Positions 1-14,120 of a stretch of 64,000 nt of DNA are shown here, one piece after another. The stretch comes from Camelus ferus (lineage: Eukaryota). The notes under the pieces were generated by a model. The model was given only the letters and a program-made list of their open reading frames with translations. It was not told where the DNA came from and ran no database searches. Location: positions 109,866,001-109,930,000 of the forward strand of contig NC_045697.1 of the NCBI RefSeq assembly GCF_009834535.1, written 5' to 3'. Within the stretch, counting starts at the first letter, position 1, and the number at the start of each line of letters is the position of its first letter. A program made the position numbers and the translations under genes.

Positions 1-59
1 ATGAACGAACATTCTCTGTGTCCACACGTACATTATAAACTTTATCATACTGTACATTG

Positions 60-520
60 TTTGTGGCCCACTTTAACATTCTGTATTGCAACCTGTGCAT
101 TTTGCCTGTCAGTAAATAGACCTTCATGACACTATTCTGATTGGTGGCACAAGAGATCTTTGTCTAGTGTATGGATGTACAATAATTAATTGAAACAATG
201 TATTTTTTTACTCTATGTATATATATTTTTATCAAAGTATAGTCAGTTTACAGTGTTGTGTCAAGTTCTACAATGTTGTATTAATGGACCTTCAGACTGA
301 TTTAGATTTTTTTCCTATAATAAAGCCTACTGACATGAATGTCTTTAGGAATAACTTTAAATACAGCCACAGGATAAGTTATTGGAAAGGAAGCATGACT
401 TCAGATGTCCTCATTTGGGGGATTTCATTATAAAACGTAGCATCAGATCATCTTTCAGAGCAATTGTTCTGATTTTGATCCCATCATCAGTGTGGAGGCA
501 GCCTTTATAAGCTCAGTGTT
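60..520 (-). mobile_element. Ancient L1 (L1ME-like) 3' fragment, with a short young L1 3'-tail fragment at about 220-280
   Basis: Decayed antisense L1M phrasing (gtgtatggatgtac...; cccatcatcagtgtg). 220-280 (tttttatcaaagtatagtcagtttacagtgttgtgtca) resembles the antisense young-L1 tail at 39405-39460. Confidence 0.5.
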
Positions 521-1735
521 TGCCATAGAAAGATTCTGGATGCAGAGAAGCAGGGTTGCATTTATTGATCTTGAATAGCACCCCACAAAAGAGAACTGCA
601 CTCAGCAGCATTTAAAATGTTTTGGTGGATGTAAGGATGAAAAATCTGGCAGAGACTGTTTTGAGTTGAAGCAGAAGTGCCCTTGGGGCCTGTTGATTTG
701 CAGGGCAAGGCAGATCTTAAAGCCAGGCAGCATAGTCATAGTCGGGCAAAACGCCTGGGAAACAAATAATGTTGTAAAGCCTTCATTTCTGCCCTGAAGT
801 AGGATGCTTAACATCCATGCCCTTCTGGGTAGAAAAACACTCTCCCAGGAAGTACTACAGGTTTTCAAGGATTCCAGGAGCAAAGATGGTTGGAAAACAT
901 TCTTGAAGACAAGAATAGGCTGTTCAGTTTTGCCTTCATGCCTTTTCTTGTGATACGCTGGCCCCCACTATCCAAGTTCCCCTTCTGATGTTGTTAAAAT
1001 GCGAGATGATCAGGGCAGGAATAAATGATTTAGAGAAACTTGCATTTCTGTGGTGCTGCATCTGCTGATCTTGAATAGCCATCCAGCAGAAGTGAGGATG
1101 GAGGCGGTCACCCTGCCCCTAGGAAGCTGGCTCCAGGCAGGTCTGGCAGCACCTGGTGGTATGACAGATGCCCCCCAAGTGTTTAATACCCAGGGTGGAA
1201 GACAGAAGCACTCTTCTACACTTGACATTTTCTGCAACCTCAAGGTCAGAGAGAAGAAACTGAAAATGTGATATTCCAGAGGGCCGGAATTTCCTTCAGA
1301 AATTCCCATGAGCCAGTGGGCAGGAAAGCAAGAAAGCCATGGGGTGGCAGGTCCAGGAAAACCTCACGAATGAACTTCCATGGAAAGATTCCCCTGTTTC
1401 TTCTCTCTGAATTCTATTCTGGGGGACTTGAGCCTTGTTTTTCTTGAGGACGAGGCGGGCACCTGTGTTTCCTGGCCCCAGGACCACAGTACCCTTCTTG
1501 CCCACACTCATTTGCCAGCACACATTCAACTCGCCCTCGCTTCAGGCTGCCTTGAACTTGACAATTGTGGCAGAGAATTAGATTGGTCACCACCCTATTA
1601 GGATCAAACACCCTTCCTTAGATATTCTTTCCCCATCTTTCTGGTCCCATGAGTCATAAAGAGAAACAACTCAGAAATTTCCTGATCAAGAGCAGGCTAT
1701 TAATTCTGCTCATGTTACCATGACCTTAAAGCTCT

Positions 1736-1820
1736 CACGTATATGTATGACTGGGGCATCATGCTGTACACTAGAAATTGACACATTGTAACTAACTGTA
1801 CTTCAATTTAAAAAAAAAAA
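1736..1820 (+). mobile_element. Short 5'-truncated young (camelid-type) L1 3' end with poly(A)
   Basis: atgactggggcatcatgctgtacactagaaattgacacattgtaactaactgtacttcaat followed by an A-tract; highly similar to 16470-16545 in this window. Confidence 0.85.
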
Positions 1821-2837
1821 GAGCAAAGAGAAGCTTTTGAAAACGTTTCGTATTCTACCATGTTCTCTATGCCGGCTCTCCAGCACTTAATCCCTACAAC
1901 AAGTGCTTTGTCCTGGGAATAATTTCAAAATTATTATCATGGAAGCCCCAGAGATAGGCCCTGTGATTCTGACTCCCACAAAGACCACCAAAGAGAAGCT
2001 GTAGGAATGAAATTACTTCTCTAAGATCCTTTGAAGTGCACCCTTCTGCCTCCCAGGGCTTCTCCCAGGGTGCTGGTTTCCACAGACTATCCTCTCAGTC
2101 TTCAGGAAGACCAACATCACATGCTGGAAAGTTCACTCATTCCGTGCTTTTCCAAGGCGCCGAGCAGGAGACATGCATTAGCTCCAGACCCCCTGCCTCC
2201 TGGACCCGCAGGATGGAAACGGGACTCTCCAGGACTCTGGGTGAGGGGGCTGGGCTGGGGCGTATGGCTGTTCCCCCTCAGGGCATCTGATTTTTATCTC
2301 CCTGATTTCACAGTTTGCTAATGCCATTTTCAAAATTTCTGTGGACTCCAAAATTGTTTCCATGATTTCATTGTTTTTTTGTATTAAAGATTTAATTTTG
2401 CTATTTTTTTTAAGACTGAAATTGTTATTGTCCTATAATTTAAAATGTGTGACATTTCAGTATTAAAGCCGGGGTGCAGCTGTAACCTGGCTCTTTGGGT
2501 CACTTGAAGGATTGCCAAATGGTTCTCTCTTGTTTGGATGGAGGGTCCCGCCCCTGCAGGAGCTAGACCCAGGCAGCCTTCTCAGAGGTCACATGCCCAG
2601 CAGGTACAAGGAGGAAGAATTGGGGGCTTGGGTCTGCTGGAAATTCTCCTAGCCTGGTAATCGAGGTGAGACCTCTTCAGGGCTCTGCCTGTCTCAGTCA
2701 GTGGGTCCTGGCTGAGCAAGTCCTGTGTGCCAGGTCCAGTTTACCTGGTACGGGGCCACTAACAGGGGTAAGACATGGTCTCTGTGCTCCAGAGGTTCAG
2801 AGTGGGGTGTTATATCAGAGGCTGGGGCCGCTCTGCA

Positions 2838-2908
2838 GCTCTGCCACTTACTGACTTGGTTAAGCCACTTGACCTGCTGAGCCTCAGTTTTCTCATCTGT
2901 AAAATGGC
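2838..2908 (+). mobile_element. MIR SINE fragment
   Basis: MIR core: ctctgccactta...gcctcagttttctcatctgtaaaatgg. Confidence 0.8.
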
Positions 2909-3329
2909 TTCACAAGTATCACCGACTGTTTTATCTGTCTGTCTGCAGAGTAACTGCAGCTTGCACTCACAAATACAGAGAATACCTGCAGTCAAGTTCT
3001 TCATCCTTTTGGGACTTAGCCTCTCACCTGGAAAATCACTTCCTCTATTCCTCACGGCTGTGGTGAGGCCAGTCACAGTGATCTCTGGGAATCTTCTGCC
3101 AGGCCACTAGCATGCAGTGGGTGCTCCATAAGTCCTCCTTCGCTGCCCTTCAGAGACTTCCTGTGGCCCAGAGGCCTGATCTGGCACAGAGAGGTTAAGG
3201 AGATATTTTGTTGGAAGCTGAAGTGCCCTCCCCATTTTATGTTTTAATTTTATATTAATTTTATACACACGAAACCTCGGAGTTTCCATTAGAATTCTGA
3301 TTTCCGGCTTCTCTCTTTTAACTATGTTT

Positions 3330-4930
3330 GCCAAAAGTAATATGTGTCCATAATTTTAGAAAAAGATAGTAGCATTGAGACTTAAAATAGCAGTCCTCTG
3401 CCTTCCTGTCCCCAGCCATTTTCCCTAAAGGCAGCCGCTGTCATTTCTTTTAACTTAATTCCTTGGCATTTAGTCCTATCTTTCTAAACAATAGAACAAT
3501 ACTGCTACTTCTCATTGCAGTGATGGACTTTCCTTATGAAAGACGGAAGCTGGCCTCTCTCACACATACATACTCCACCCCCATCCTCACCGTGCAGTTA
3601 AATCACAATCATTTGTTAAATTAGCCCTCAGTGTTTGCATTTTTAGGACAATGTGAATGTTGCACACATCTGTGATTCCATTTCCTTTCTTGTACACTTG
3701 TTTTTTTCCCCTGGAGTTCAAATTGTATTATTATTATTATTTTTTAGATCTGCTTAATGTTCCTACACTAATTAGTTTGCACATTCTTCAGAAGAACATA
3801 ACTTCAGGAACTGGCTCCCTTTTTTTCCCTCTCTTGGAGGAGACACTGTTTCTGGAGTACTTCATCTTCCTGCTCCAACCCAAACTTGAGGACTTTCAAG
3901 GCCTATTGCATAGCTGCTGACCTGGGTACTCCCTTAAGTGTTAATCAAGGAATTCTTTTCATGTCTGAATATGGTCTCTTCCTGAGGTTATGCCCTTCAT
4001 TTTCTAGATACTGTGCATTCCTTTATCTCTGTTTCCTTTCTTGTTTTTATGGAACACATCCTCTAGTAGCTTTCAGACATAAGGTACATAGGAAGTAATC
4101 TTTTTCAGATCTTGAATGTCAGAAAATGTTTACTGTATAATTTCATTAAGTTATAGTTTAGATGCTTATAAAATTCTAGATTGAAAATATTTTAAAAATT
4201 TAGAATATTGGTAGTAGTGCTCCAGAATCTTCTAGATTTCCAGGTGCTTCTGGAAAATCTAGTGCCAAGCTGATTCTTCTCTTTTGGTATAGACTCTGTT
4301 ATTTCTGTCTGGGATTTCTTAGGACTTTTTCTTCATTCCCAATATTCAGAAATGTCACAGTGGTTTTGCCTTGGTGTTTTTTTTTTTTTGTTTGTTTGTT
4401 TTTTTTAAATTGTTCTCACTCGGTGGCCATTTCAATTCTGGAACTCATGGCCTTTATTTCTGGGAACACTTCTGGTGTTATCTGATTTCTTACTTCTGTC
4501 TATTTTCTTGGTGTTCTTCCTGGAACTCCTGTTAGTCAGAGACCAGAGCTTCTGAACTGATCCTCTATTTTAAAAAATCTTTTTTTTTTTATCCTATTTT
4601 CCCACTTGGTATAATTTATTTTTGTTCTATTTCTATTAAGATTTTCTCAACATTATCTTTTTTCCCTACTTATTTTTTTAAAAGAATTTGAGTTTCTACT
4701 TTAAATTCCTGAGAATTATTTCTTGTTCTCAAAAGTTTCTTTCTTTTCTCTTTAAGATAATATCTTATTCTTGTTACTTCTATTCAAAGAGGCAATAATT
4801 TCTTTTATCTCTGAAGAGCTTAGGTTGAGGTTTAAGTTTCCTTCTGTCCCAGTCTACTCTCTGCTTCATCTTTTTGGTTTGTTAATTTGCTCTGTGTATT
4901 TCATGTATCTGATGGTCACTGGCTAACTGT
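3330..4930 (-). mobile_element. HAL1/L1ME-type ancient LINE remnant
   Basis: Resembles recalled antisense HAL1 consensus (aaggtacataggaagtaatc...ttgaatgtcagaaaatgttt...tataaaattctagattgaaaat; ctggaactcctgttagtcaga). Confidence 0.65.
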
Positions 4931-4959
4931 ACTGATATAGATGTGAAGTAGGGTCCAAA

Positions 4960-5200
4960 CCAGAGGTGTACCTAGCATATTTGACACCTGGATCAGATCA
5001 ATTCATTTTGGGATGTAGCAGAAATAAATCGATTATCCCATCTAATTTATTTAACTGAAATTGTCCTTAGTAAGTAATTGTGTTTATTATATGTATATAA
5101 ATGTAACATTGACATTTTAGTGAACAGAATGTAAAATTTAAATTAATTTTTTGATAAGAACAAAATTTCAAAGGTATTTTAAAATCAAGTTGTGCCACTT
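4960..5200. mobile_element. hAT-Tip100-like (Arthur-type) DNA transposon terminus fragment
   Basis: cagaggtgtacctagcatatttgacacctgg resembles a recalled hAT-Tip100 terminus, followed by AT-rich internal sequence. Confidence 0.45.
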
Positions 5201-5734
5201 CTTACTCTGCTGCCAGATCCCAAAGGGAATGTATTCACTCTGCTGAAAGGGGTACTTTCAAGTTTGAGAAGCCGTTTTGAGGCAAGGCAATTTAGATAAA
5301 TGCTTTGGGAACCAGGTCCTCTGTTCAGAAGGAATCCGTGAAATCCTCCAGCAGGTCAGAAAAATCCATCTCCTAGTTTACCAACCAGAAATAGTCATGC
5401 TTTGCAAAACACATGTTTTCCACCAAGCACCACATGAAACCTGGGGTCACCATACAAAATGATCAGAGAAATAAAAGGATGGAAATGGCCTTCCAGCTAA
5501 ATTCTTACAATCACTGGTTTAAATGAATCTCAAACCTGGTTTGTAGCTACAGAGTTAAGAACTAGCTCAACTGTGGGCACTCTGTACAAATTTATTTGCT
5601 TTTCTTGTCCTATAAGTCTGGACCCCAAGGAAATATTTTTTGTTTAATTTTGTTTGCTTCTTTTAATTGATAATAACCAGTGTTGTCAAGGACTCAGGGA
5701 AACTGGAACTCAAATAGCTATTATTGGAATCTTT

Positions 5735-6190
5735 ATTGGATGTGATTCTTGGTTGCAAACAACATAATTCACTCTGACTACTTCAAGCAAAAAAAAAAAA
5801 AAATTACTAAAGGATATTAAGTATCTCACAAATTACCTCTCTAGACAATGTGAAATGCTCACAAAATGCTCAGGGGAAGAAACAAAGAGACATTTATCAA
5901 TCTGCTCCTATTCTCCATCAGTCAAGGTTTGCCTGTAGGGTGTTAACTACCTTGCACTGTGGGATTTCATGTATTTGAGGACAGAGTGGGTTGCTTTGGG
6001 TTCCAAGAAAAGCTCTGGGTAGGGGATATCAAGAGGAAAGAGGAGGTCTGTGCCAACTTGTATTTAGAGGAAGATCTGGGGACCAGAGGTCAAGAGTGAA
6101 GCATATAGGGAGAAGCTTTGGGGAAGTTGGGAAACTGATTGCTACTGAGGAGGAAAACACTAGAGAAAAAAGACTTTTAAGAAACACTAC
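5735..6190 (-). mobile_element. Ancient ERVL/MaLR LTR fragments (MLT1- and LTR16-like)
   Basis: cttggttgcaaacaacataattcactctgact... (MLT1-like) and ccatcagtcaaggtttgcc...gttaact (LTR16-like). Confidence 0.45.
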
Positions 6191-7154
6191 TGTGGGTAAT
6201 AAATTGGTTCTCTTCAACATTCTTTAAGATATTTGAAGAAAGAGTGATTTGCTTTTAATTATTATAGCCATTGGACTGTATTTACTTGAATGCTATAACC
6301 TGCAGAGACTGGATGACATGGGGTTCTAGTTTTTAAACAGTTGTTAAAAGTACAAAGTACTCTTCAGTTCATGAGAACCAGGTTCTTCAGTCAGAATATC
6401 ATGTCCATGTTCAACTTCAATGGATTTCTGATGTGAACTTTCTAATGGCTTTCAATCAACTGAACTGCATTACAAGCAAAAGAGCTTAAAAAGGTCTCTG
6501 GAGATTTGACTCGAGTTATAACATTTGAGAATGAGCTGAAAGCCAGCTTAATGAGCCTTTAAATGACTGGATGCTTGTTCCATTCCTTCTTTCACTTTCT
6601 GACAATCAGGGAGCATCCACAGGACACTGCATTCTTTGAGGAAGATCACCACCAAAAGGAAAAAAAAAAAGAAGGAAAATGTGAACATTTAGCACATTTG
6701 GAGAATTTAAAATTCACCTAATGGCATTTGGAAGCCCTAGAACAAAAGAACTAGCTTTCCTCTTTGAACACCGAGAGTATCATTTCACAGAACTGGCCAG
6801 GAAGAAACACGTGGATTCAGTGATTCAGGGGGTTGGAATCTTCCTTTCTCTTAAGGGAGTGCAAGTGTGTGTCCACGCAGAACGATAAGGGGAGAACCAG
6901 GGACTCTGACTAGTTTGTGGTATCAGGAAGATATCCAAGTGCAGAGCAAGACGTCTGAAAGGATCAGGAAAGAACTGAAGGCCATAGTAGGTAATGAGCT
7001 GAGCCCGGAATTATCAGACCACAGAGGAGTGAATGGCCAGATCTGAAAGGTCAAAACAGAAAACATCTGGACCTTAAGAGTTTGCATGATTTGAGGATGT
7101 GGCATTGGCCAGGAGAAATTATTCTAAGTTAGAAGTTTTGGAGTCATACATTTT

Positions 7155-7320
7155 TTGCCACTGATTAGCTACATGACCTTGGGCAAATCATTTAATCTCT
7201 ATGAACTTCATACTTTCATTGCAAAGTGACAGTCACACGGTTGACTTTCTTGTAAGGATTAATGTATGTGAAATGCCGGATATACTTCCTGATAGGTGCT
7301 CAAGAATGATACGATTATTT
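7155..7320 (+). mobile_element. MIR SINE
   Basis: gccactgattagctacatgaccttgggcaaatcatttaatctct...gtaaggattaa...ataggtgctcaa. Confidence 0.8.
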
Positions 7321-9242
7321 CTAAGACTGAAGTTCTTTCACAGTGAGAAACCTTGTTCCCGTCTCCAGGTATGCTCACCCTAACCCAACGCTGCTTCCCC
7401 TTCCCCTGACCTTCTACCTCAAGACCCTTCACAAACCTCTGACCCTACTCTGCTAAACTCAAATCAAACACATAGAGGTCAATGAAGACATCTACAAGAT
7501 GTGGCTGAGCTTGAATGTCCTTACTGACCTTGACTATCGGAGTAACAAGGACAGGGAATAACCTTAAAATCATGCCTTATGAGACACAATTGAAAGGACC
7601 AGAGAAATTTAGCTTTGGGCAGAAATGATAAAATCAAGGAAAGTTGGATAGCTTATGAATTATTTGGTTCAACTGGATGTATTCTAGGAAAATAGTGGTT
7701 GGTGTCTCCATGGTGGTCACCTGGGGAGGATATGAAGAAGGAAACCTCATGCTGAGAAAGGCTCTCCATGGTCTCTTGACTCTGAGAGTCCATGGCTTTA
7801 GGAAACACAAGCATTAGTGAAGGGGCCAGGTTCTGAATGGAGCAGCTCCTGCACCGGGCAGCCTGCAGGCATGGGTCATGCCATAAAGTATGCCTCCTGG
7901 CATGTGGGGTGGGGGCCTCAGAACCCTTGTTATGATAATTCTGTCAGAGCTCCCTCAATACATTTCCTTTCTATTCTTCTCTTTCACCAGTTGGCAATTA
8001 CACGCTACAGAAACTGTACACAGAAGGGGCTTGTTTTGGTTACCATGTAGCTGGATGGGAGGGAGCTGTGGCTGGTGGCTGATTCTCTGGGGTGACTGGG
8101 CATGGGTTATGGGAATGGAGGATGAAGTCCCTCATCAGTTCCCAGAGCGTTGCCTCATGAGCACCCTGGAGCCTGTGAATAGTGTTTAAATCAATGGTCA
8201 AAGTGGAGAGAGCAGCTTAGTCCTCATTACGCGCCAGGACTAATTGACCTCTTCTCAAAAGGTGCATTCTTGATTTGGTGAGACTCTTCCTCATCCGGAA
8301 AGGCCAGTGAAGCAAAAAGATCTAATGTGAAAGGGTGGGGGGTGAGGGGTCAAGGGTGGCATTGAAGGGAGAGAAAGGTGCAGAGCATTCACTAAATCAT
8401 TTCCACCAGAACGGATGAGAACAAAGGCATCACCATCCCGAGAGCATTTGTTAAGGACTCAAACAGGTCAAGCGCTGTACAGAGTCTGGTGACCTTTTCC
8501 TGCCCTGGAGACTCTCAGTTTTGTCATTTTGATGAATCTCTAAGTTGTGTTCACTGTGAGGATCTCTGATAGCAAGTAAGTGATTTAACATAAAAGTCCT
8601 TTGAGGGAAATGCACAAAAATGGAGTCAAGCTCAATGCCACTCCAAAGCATGCCATTTATTTTTAATTGTTCCCCTTATCCGTCTTAGTTATTAAGAAAG
8701 AAATATGAAAGAAAGAAAACAGAAAGAGAAAAGGAAAGGCAGAAAATGAAATTAAGTAGCAAAACCCAAAACACAAAAATGAAGTCTGATTCCTTTTTGA
8801 ATCTCCTATTAGTGATATAAAGCTCAGACATTCATGCTACCACCCTCAAGGGCCAAAACATTTTTTCAATGTGTGGGAATCTCAGAGAAGCCATGTTGAA
8901 TAGAATGTGATGTTTCCCACAGAGAGTACAAATATAAAAATACAGAGCACCATAAGAACATCTAGTTCCACATAAAAACAATAATGTTCTACCCATTGTC
9001 AACTTTATACTTTTGTCAGCATGATGGTAATAAATGCCCAAGTAAATCAGAATAGAATTGACTTACGAAGCATAGAGACTCCATCAGTCTGTAATCTGAT
9101 GGAAATTTCACCTGCAGGTTGCTCAGTAAACCTTATTATCTCTAGCCTTACAATTTGTTGCTTAGTCTTTCCCCTCCCCTTTCCTTATGAGAACTTTTGT
9201 TCCTAAAATTTTTCAAGAAATAAAACTGACATTCTATTGTTG

Positions 9243-9446
9243 ATTGTCCAATTTGGTAGTCACTAGCCACATGTGGTTATTTAAATCTAAAGTTTAAAAA
9301 ATTAAGTAAAATTAAAATTTAGTTTCCTAGTCACCCTAGTTACATTTCAAGTGCTTGGTAGCCACATATAGCTAGTGACTACCTTACTGGACATTACAGA
9401 TAGGGATCATTTCCATTGTCACAGAAAATCCTGTTGGGCAGCACTA
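9243..9446. mobile_element. MER3-like hAT-Charlie MITE
   Basis: tgtccaat..ggtagtcactagccacatgtggttattt...catttcaagtgct...catttccattgtcacagaaaatcctgttgggcagcact matches the MER3 pattern. Confidence 0.8.
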
Positions 9447-9954
9447 ATCTATATTCTTGTCTACAGAAATGTGAGTCTTCAAAGTGTACTTCCTTAGCAT
9501 GGGGAAGCATGCTCTCATCTAAATACCCAAACTGAAGATTTAATGGACATATTGATATTTTGTTTCAATTTCTGTTTTGGAGACTGCTAATCATTGAATC
9601 AGTATTGCTTCTTCCATGATCCTTAGTTATGGTAACCAAGGACCCTAGACAAAAATCACTTTGGTCAGTAAATGAATTATACCTGCCATTGTATAAATGA
9701 CAGAGTCTTTTTGTTACTCAGAAGAAAAGATCCCCATAGTTGTGACATTTTATTTTCTTGACTCTTAACGGTTATTTGAAAATCAACACTCATTTCCTTC
9801 AATTGCAGAAATCTACCAGACATGAAAGTTCTTCCAAATCTAGAACTGTGACTAAGAGCCAGCTGGAGGCAGAGCAAACAGCTCAGGGTCAGACATTATA
9901 ATTCCTTCTGATTTATGATCATACTGAAAATTCACTTGGAACTGAATCTCCTGG

Positions 9955-11645
9955 TTTATTATATGAAACCAGCATTACTCTAATGCCAAAAGCCAGAGAA
10001 AGACATTATAAAAAGAGAAAATTACAGACCAATATTTCTCACAAACATGAAAATCCTTTTAAAAGTAGTAAACTGAATCCAATAATATATAAAAATGATA
10101 ATACATGATGACTAAATGGGGTTTCTCTCAGGAATGCAAGGTTGGTTTGATGTTTGGAAAGCAATGTAATTCAACAGTCTGAAAAGGAAAAACCATATCA
10201 TCAACTTGATTAGATGTAGAAAAAACATGCAACAAAATTCAGCATTTACTCATGATAAAAATTCTCAGAAAACAGGAAACTTCCTTGACCTGACAAAGGG
10301 TATCTGTGAAAAATTGAACATCATACTTAATGATAAAAGACTAATTTCCCCCTAAGATTGTCAAGGCAAGGATTCTGCCCCCACCACTCCTATTTGACAT
10401 TGTCTGGAGGTTCTAGTCAGTGCAATAAGGCAAGAAAGGGAAATAAAAGGAATTCATACGGGAAAGAAGCAATAAACTACTTTATTCTCAGACTACACAA
10501 TTGTTTACATATAAAATCTCAATCTAGAAAAATGCTATTATATCCAATAATTGAATTTAATTAAATTGCAGGATAAAAATCCCTTATACCAAAATCAATT
10601 GTACTTTTATACACTAGCAATAAATAATTAGGAATTGAAATAACAACAGTATAATTTATAATAGTACCCCAAACAACAATAATAACACATATTGTGAAAG
10701 AATACTTTTAAGAATACATCTAAAAAATATGTACAAAAAGACCTAAGTAAATGGAGACATATACATAGATTGGATAACTCAGTGTTGTCAAGATGTCAAT
10801 TCTCTGCACAGATCAATTTGTAGATACAATATTATCTCAAACAAAGTTTTAGCAAGTTTTTTTTTTTAAAATAGAAATAGACTAGTTTGTTCTAAAGTGT
10901 ATGTGGAAAATAAAAAGGATCTGAGACCAAGAAAAATTGTTGGATTCAGAATATTTGAGTTACTATAAGGAAACAATAATCAAGACTGTGGTGTGGGAGA
11001 AAATATAAACACACAGTTGAATAGAACACAATAGGATATAGAAACACATCTACACATGTATGATAAATTGATTTTTGATAAAGAAACAAAGAAAATTCAA
11101 TGGGGAAAGGATAGCCTTTAGAAAATGATACTAGGAAAATTGGGCAACCATATTCAAGAAAAAAGGGAACCTTGATCTATTACCTTATATTATCTACAAA
11201 ATTAACTTCAAATGAATCATAGAACTAATGTAAAATGCAAAACTATAAAACCTCTAGACAAATGTATAGAAGAAAATCTTTGTGACTTTGAATTAGGCAA
11301 AGTTTTTTTAGGTAGGATACAAACCATAGAGAAATAAAAAAACACAAAAGATAAAAGGCAATTTTGACAAGTCGGGCTTTATAAAAATTAAAAACTTCTG
11401 TTTATTAAAAGCCAGTAGTAAGAGAATGGAAAGAAATAGTGTGCAAGCTACACACCTGAAAGAAGACTGGTAACCAGAATCTGTTAAAAAACCTCTCAAA
11501 CCTGGAAAAGGAAACAATCCAATATTTAAAAAATGGACAAAAGATTTAAACAGACACTTTACCAAAGAAGTGACATGAAAAGCAAATATGCATATGAAAA
11601 GATGTTAAAAATACTAGTAATTAGTAAAATACAAATTAAAAAAAT
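9955..11645 (+). mobile_element. Old L1 (L1MB-like) ORF2 remnant, 5' part
   Basis: Decayed ORF2 RT-region sequence (attacagaccaatat, caggaatgcaaggttggtt, tcaagatgtcaattctc) with many stops and frameshifts. Confidence 0.85.
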
Positions 11646-13329
11646 CATCCCTATCAAAATATCAAGGGCATTTTTCACAGAACTAGAATAAATAATTCTA
11701 AAATTTGTATGGAAATGCAAAAGATCCCAAATAGCCAAAACTATCTTGAGAAAGAAGAACAGAGCTAGAGGAATCATGTGCCCTGACTTCAGACTATACT
11801 ACAAAGCTACAGTCATCAAAACAGTGTGGTACTGGCCCAGTCAAATAGATCAATGGAACAGAAAAGAGAGCCCAGAAATAAACCCACACACTTATGGTCA
11901 ATTAATATATGGCAAAAGAGGCGAGAATATATAATGGAGAAAAGATAGTCTCTTCAGTAAGTGGTGCTGGGAAATCTGGACAGTGACATTTAAAAGGATG
12001 AAATTAGAACATTTTTCTTACACCATATACAAACCTAAACTCAAAATGGATTAAAGACCTAAATGTAAGACCAGTATTCATAAAACTTCTAGAAGAAAAC
12101 ATAGGCAGAACACTCTTTGACATAAATCATAGCAATGTTTTTTTGGATCTGTCTCCTAAAGCAAAGGAAATAAAAGCAAAAATAAACAAATGGGACCTAA
12201 TCAGGCTTAAAAGCTTTTGCACAGCAAAGGAAACCATAAACAAAATGTAAAGACAACTAACTGACTGCGAGAAAATATTTGCTAATGGTATGACTGATAA
12301 GCAGTTAATATCCAAAATATATAAACAGCTTATACAACTCAACAGCAAAAGACAAACAACCTGATTAAAACATTGGCAGAAGACCTGAACAGAAATTTTT
12401 TCCACAGAAGACATACAGATGGTCAGCAGGCACATCAAAAATACCCAGCATCATCAATCATGAGAGAAATGCAATCAAAACCACAGAGGTATCACCTCAT
12501 GCCTGTCATCAAAATGGCATCACCAAAAAGACCACAAATAACAAATGTCGGTGAGGATGTGGAGAAAACAGAACCCTCGTACACTGTTGGTGGGAATGTA
12601 AATTGGTGCATCTATTGTAAAAAACGGTATGGCAGTTTCTCAAAAACATAAAAATAGAACTACGATATGACTCAGCTATTCCACTCCTGGGTATATATCT
12701 AAAAACAACAAAAACACTCATTTGAAAAGATACATGCACCCCAATGTTCATAACAGCATTATTTATAGTTGTCAAGATATGGAAGCAACCTAAGTGTCCA
12801 TTCATCCATGTATACATACATGAATATATATACATTCATGTATATATATGTGTGTGTGTATATATATACATAAACACATATACAATGGAATACTATTCAG
12901 CCATAAAAAGAATGAAATTTTGCCTAATGCAACAACATGGATGGGCTTGGAAGGATATTATGGTAAGTGAAATAAGTCAGACAGAGAAAGACAAATACTG
13001 TATGACATCATTTATATGTGAAATCTAAAATATCAAACAAATCAGTGAATATAACAAAAAAGGAAACAGATTCACAGATATAGAGAACAAATTAGTGGTT
13101 ACCAGTGGGGAGCAAGAAGGGGGAAGGGGCCAGACAGGGGTATGGGATTAAGAGGTACAAACTATTGTATATAAAATAAATAAGCTACAAAGAGATATTG
13201 TACAACACAAGGAATACAGCCAATGTTTGACAACTATAAATGGTGTATAACCTTTACAAATTGTGACTCAATGTGTGATATACTTGTAACTTATATAATA
13301 TTGTACATCAACTATATCTCAATAAAAAA
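11646..13329 (+). mobile_element. Younger artiodactyl-type L1, 5'-truncated (ORF2 C-terminus + 3'UTR + A tail), nested in the old L1
   Basis: ORF fragments read as L1 ORF2 ([67 protein letters not shown]); the 3'UTR ends in ctcaataaaaaa. Confidence 0.9.
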
Positions 13330-14040
13330 CATAATGGGATACCATTTCACACTGACTAGAATGGCTAAAATTAAAAAACAAACAATAATACCAGGTGCTG
13401 ACAAGGAACCAGAGTAACTAATACGAATGTAAAATGTTACAGCTACTTTATAAATAGCTTGTTAAGTTAGATACACCTTCTGTTTTACCCAGCAACCCCA
13501 CTCCTAGATATTTACCCAAGAGAAATGAAAACATATATCATCATATAAACCAGTACGTGAATGTTTTTATCAACTTTGTTCACATTTCCCCAATTCTGGA
13601 AACAACTCGAGTGTTCAACAACTAGAGAATGACTACACAAATTGTAGTAACATCCACAAAGTAGAATAATACTCAGCCATAAAAAGGAACAAATTATTGA
13701 TAAATGAAACTGCTTTTGAAAAATGAAATTTTTTTGAATCTCAAAAGCATTATGATAAGCATAAGAAGAAAGACACAAATGGCTACCTACTGTCTAATTC
13801 CATTTATATGACACTCTGTGAAAAGGCAAATTATGATAGAAATGATCAGTGACTGTTAGGAGTTGATGGTCGTGGGAGGGGATTGACTACAAAAGGGTTC
13901 AAGGATAATGGAATTATTTGTTATCTTGATTGTGGTGGTGGTTATATGACTGTATACATTTGTCAAAATTCACAGAACTGTACACCTAAAAAGGATGAAT
14001 TTTACCATATGTAAATGGTAACTTAAAGTGCAAATAAAGA
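13330..14040 (+). mobile_element. Old L1 (L1MB-like) 3' part and 3'UTR, continuing 9955-11645
   Basis: Resumes at ataatgggataccatttcacac..tagaatggctaaaatt; L1MB-type tail tatcttgattgtggtggtggtt...tgtcaaaattcacagaactgtacac. Confidence 0.85.
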
Positions 14041-14120
14041 AAGAAAACTTTCAGCTTATTCTAGATTCTCTCCCACATTTTAAAATGACATCTCAGCCTC
14101 TGAGGGTTTGATCTCGCTTT

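Noticed and set aside
567..1079. 13-mer gatcttgaatagc repeated 500 bp apart
   Set aside because: Only two copies, little flanking similarity and no recognisable element between them; cannot be called a TSD or array.
11746..13028. ORFs resembling reverse-transcriptase protein C-terminus
   Set aside because: Frameshifted L1 ORF2 remnants, not a host gene or an active element.
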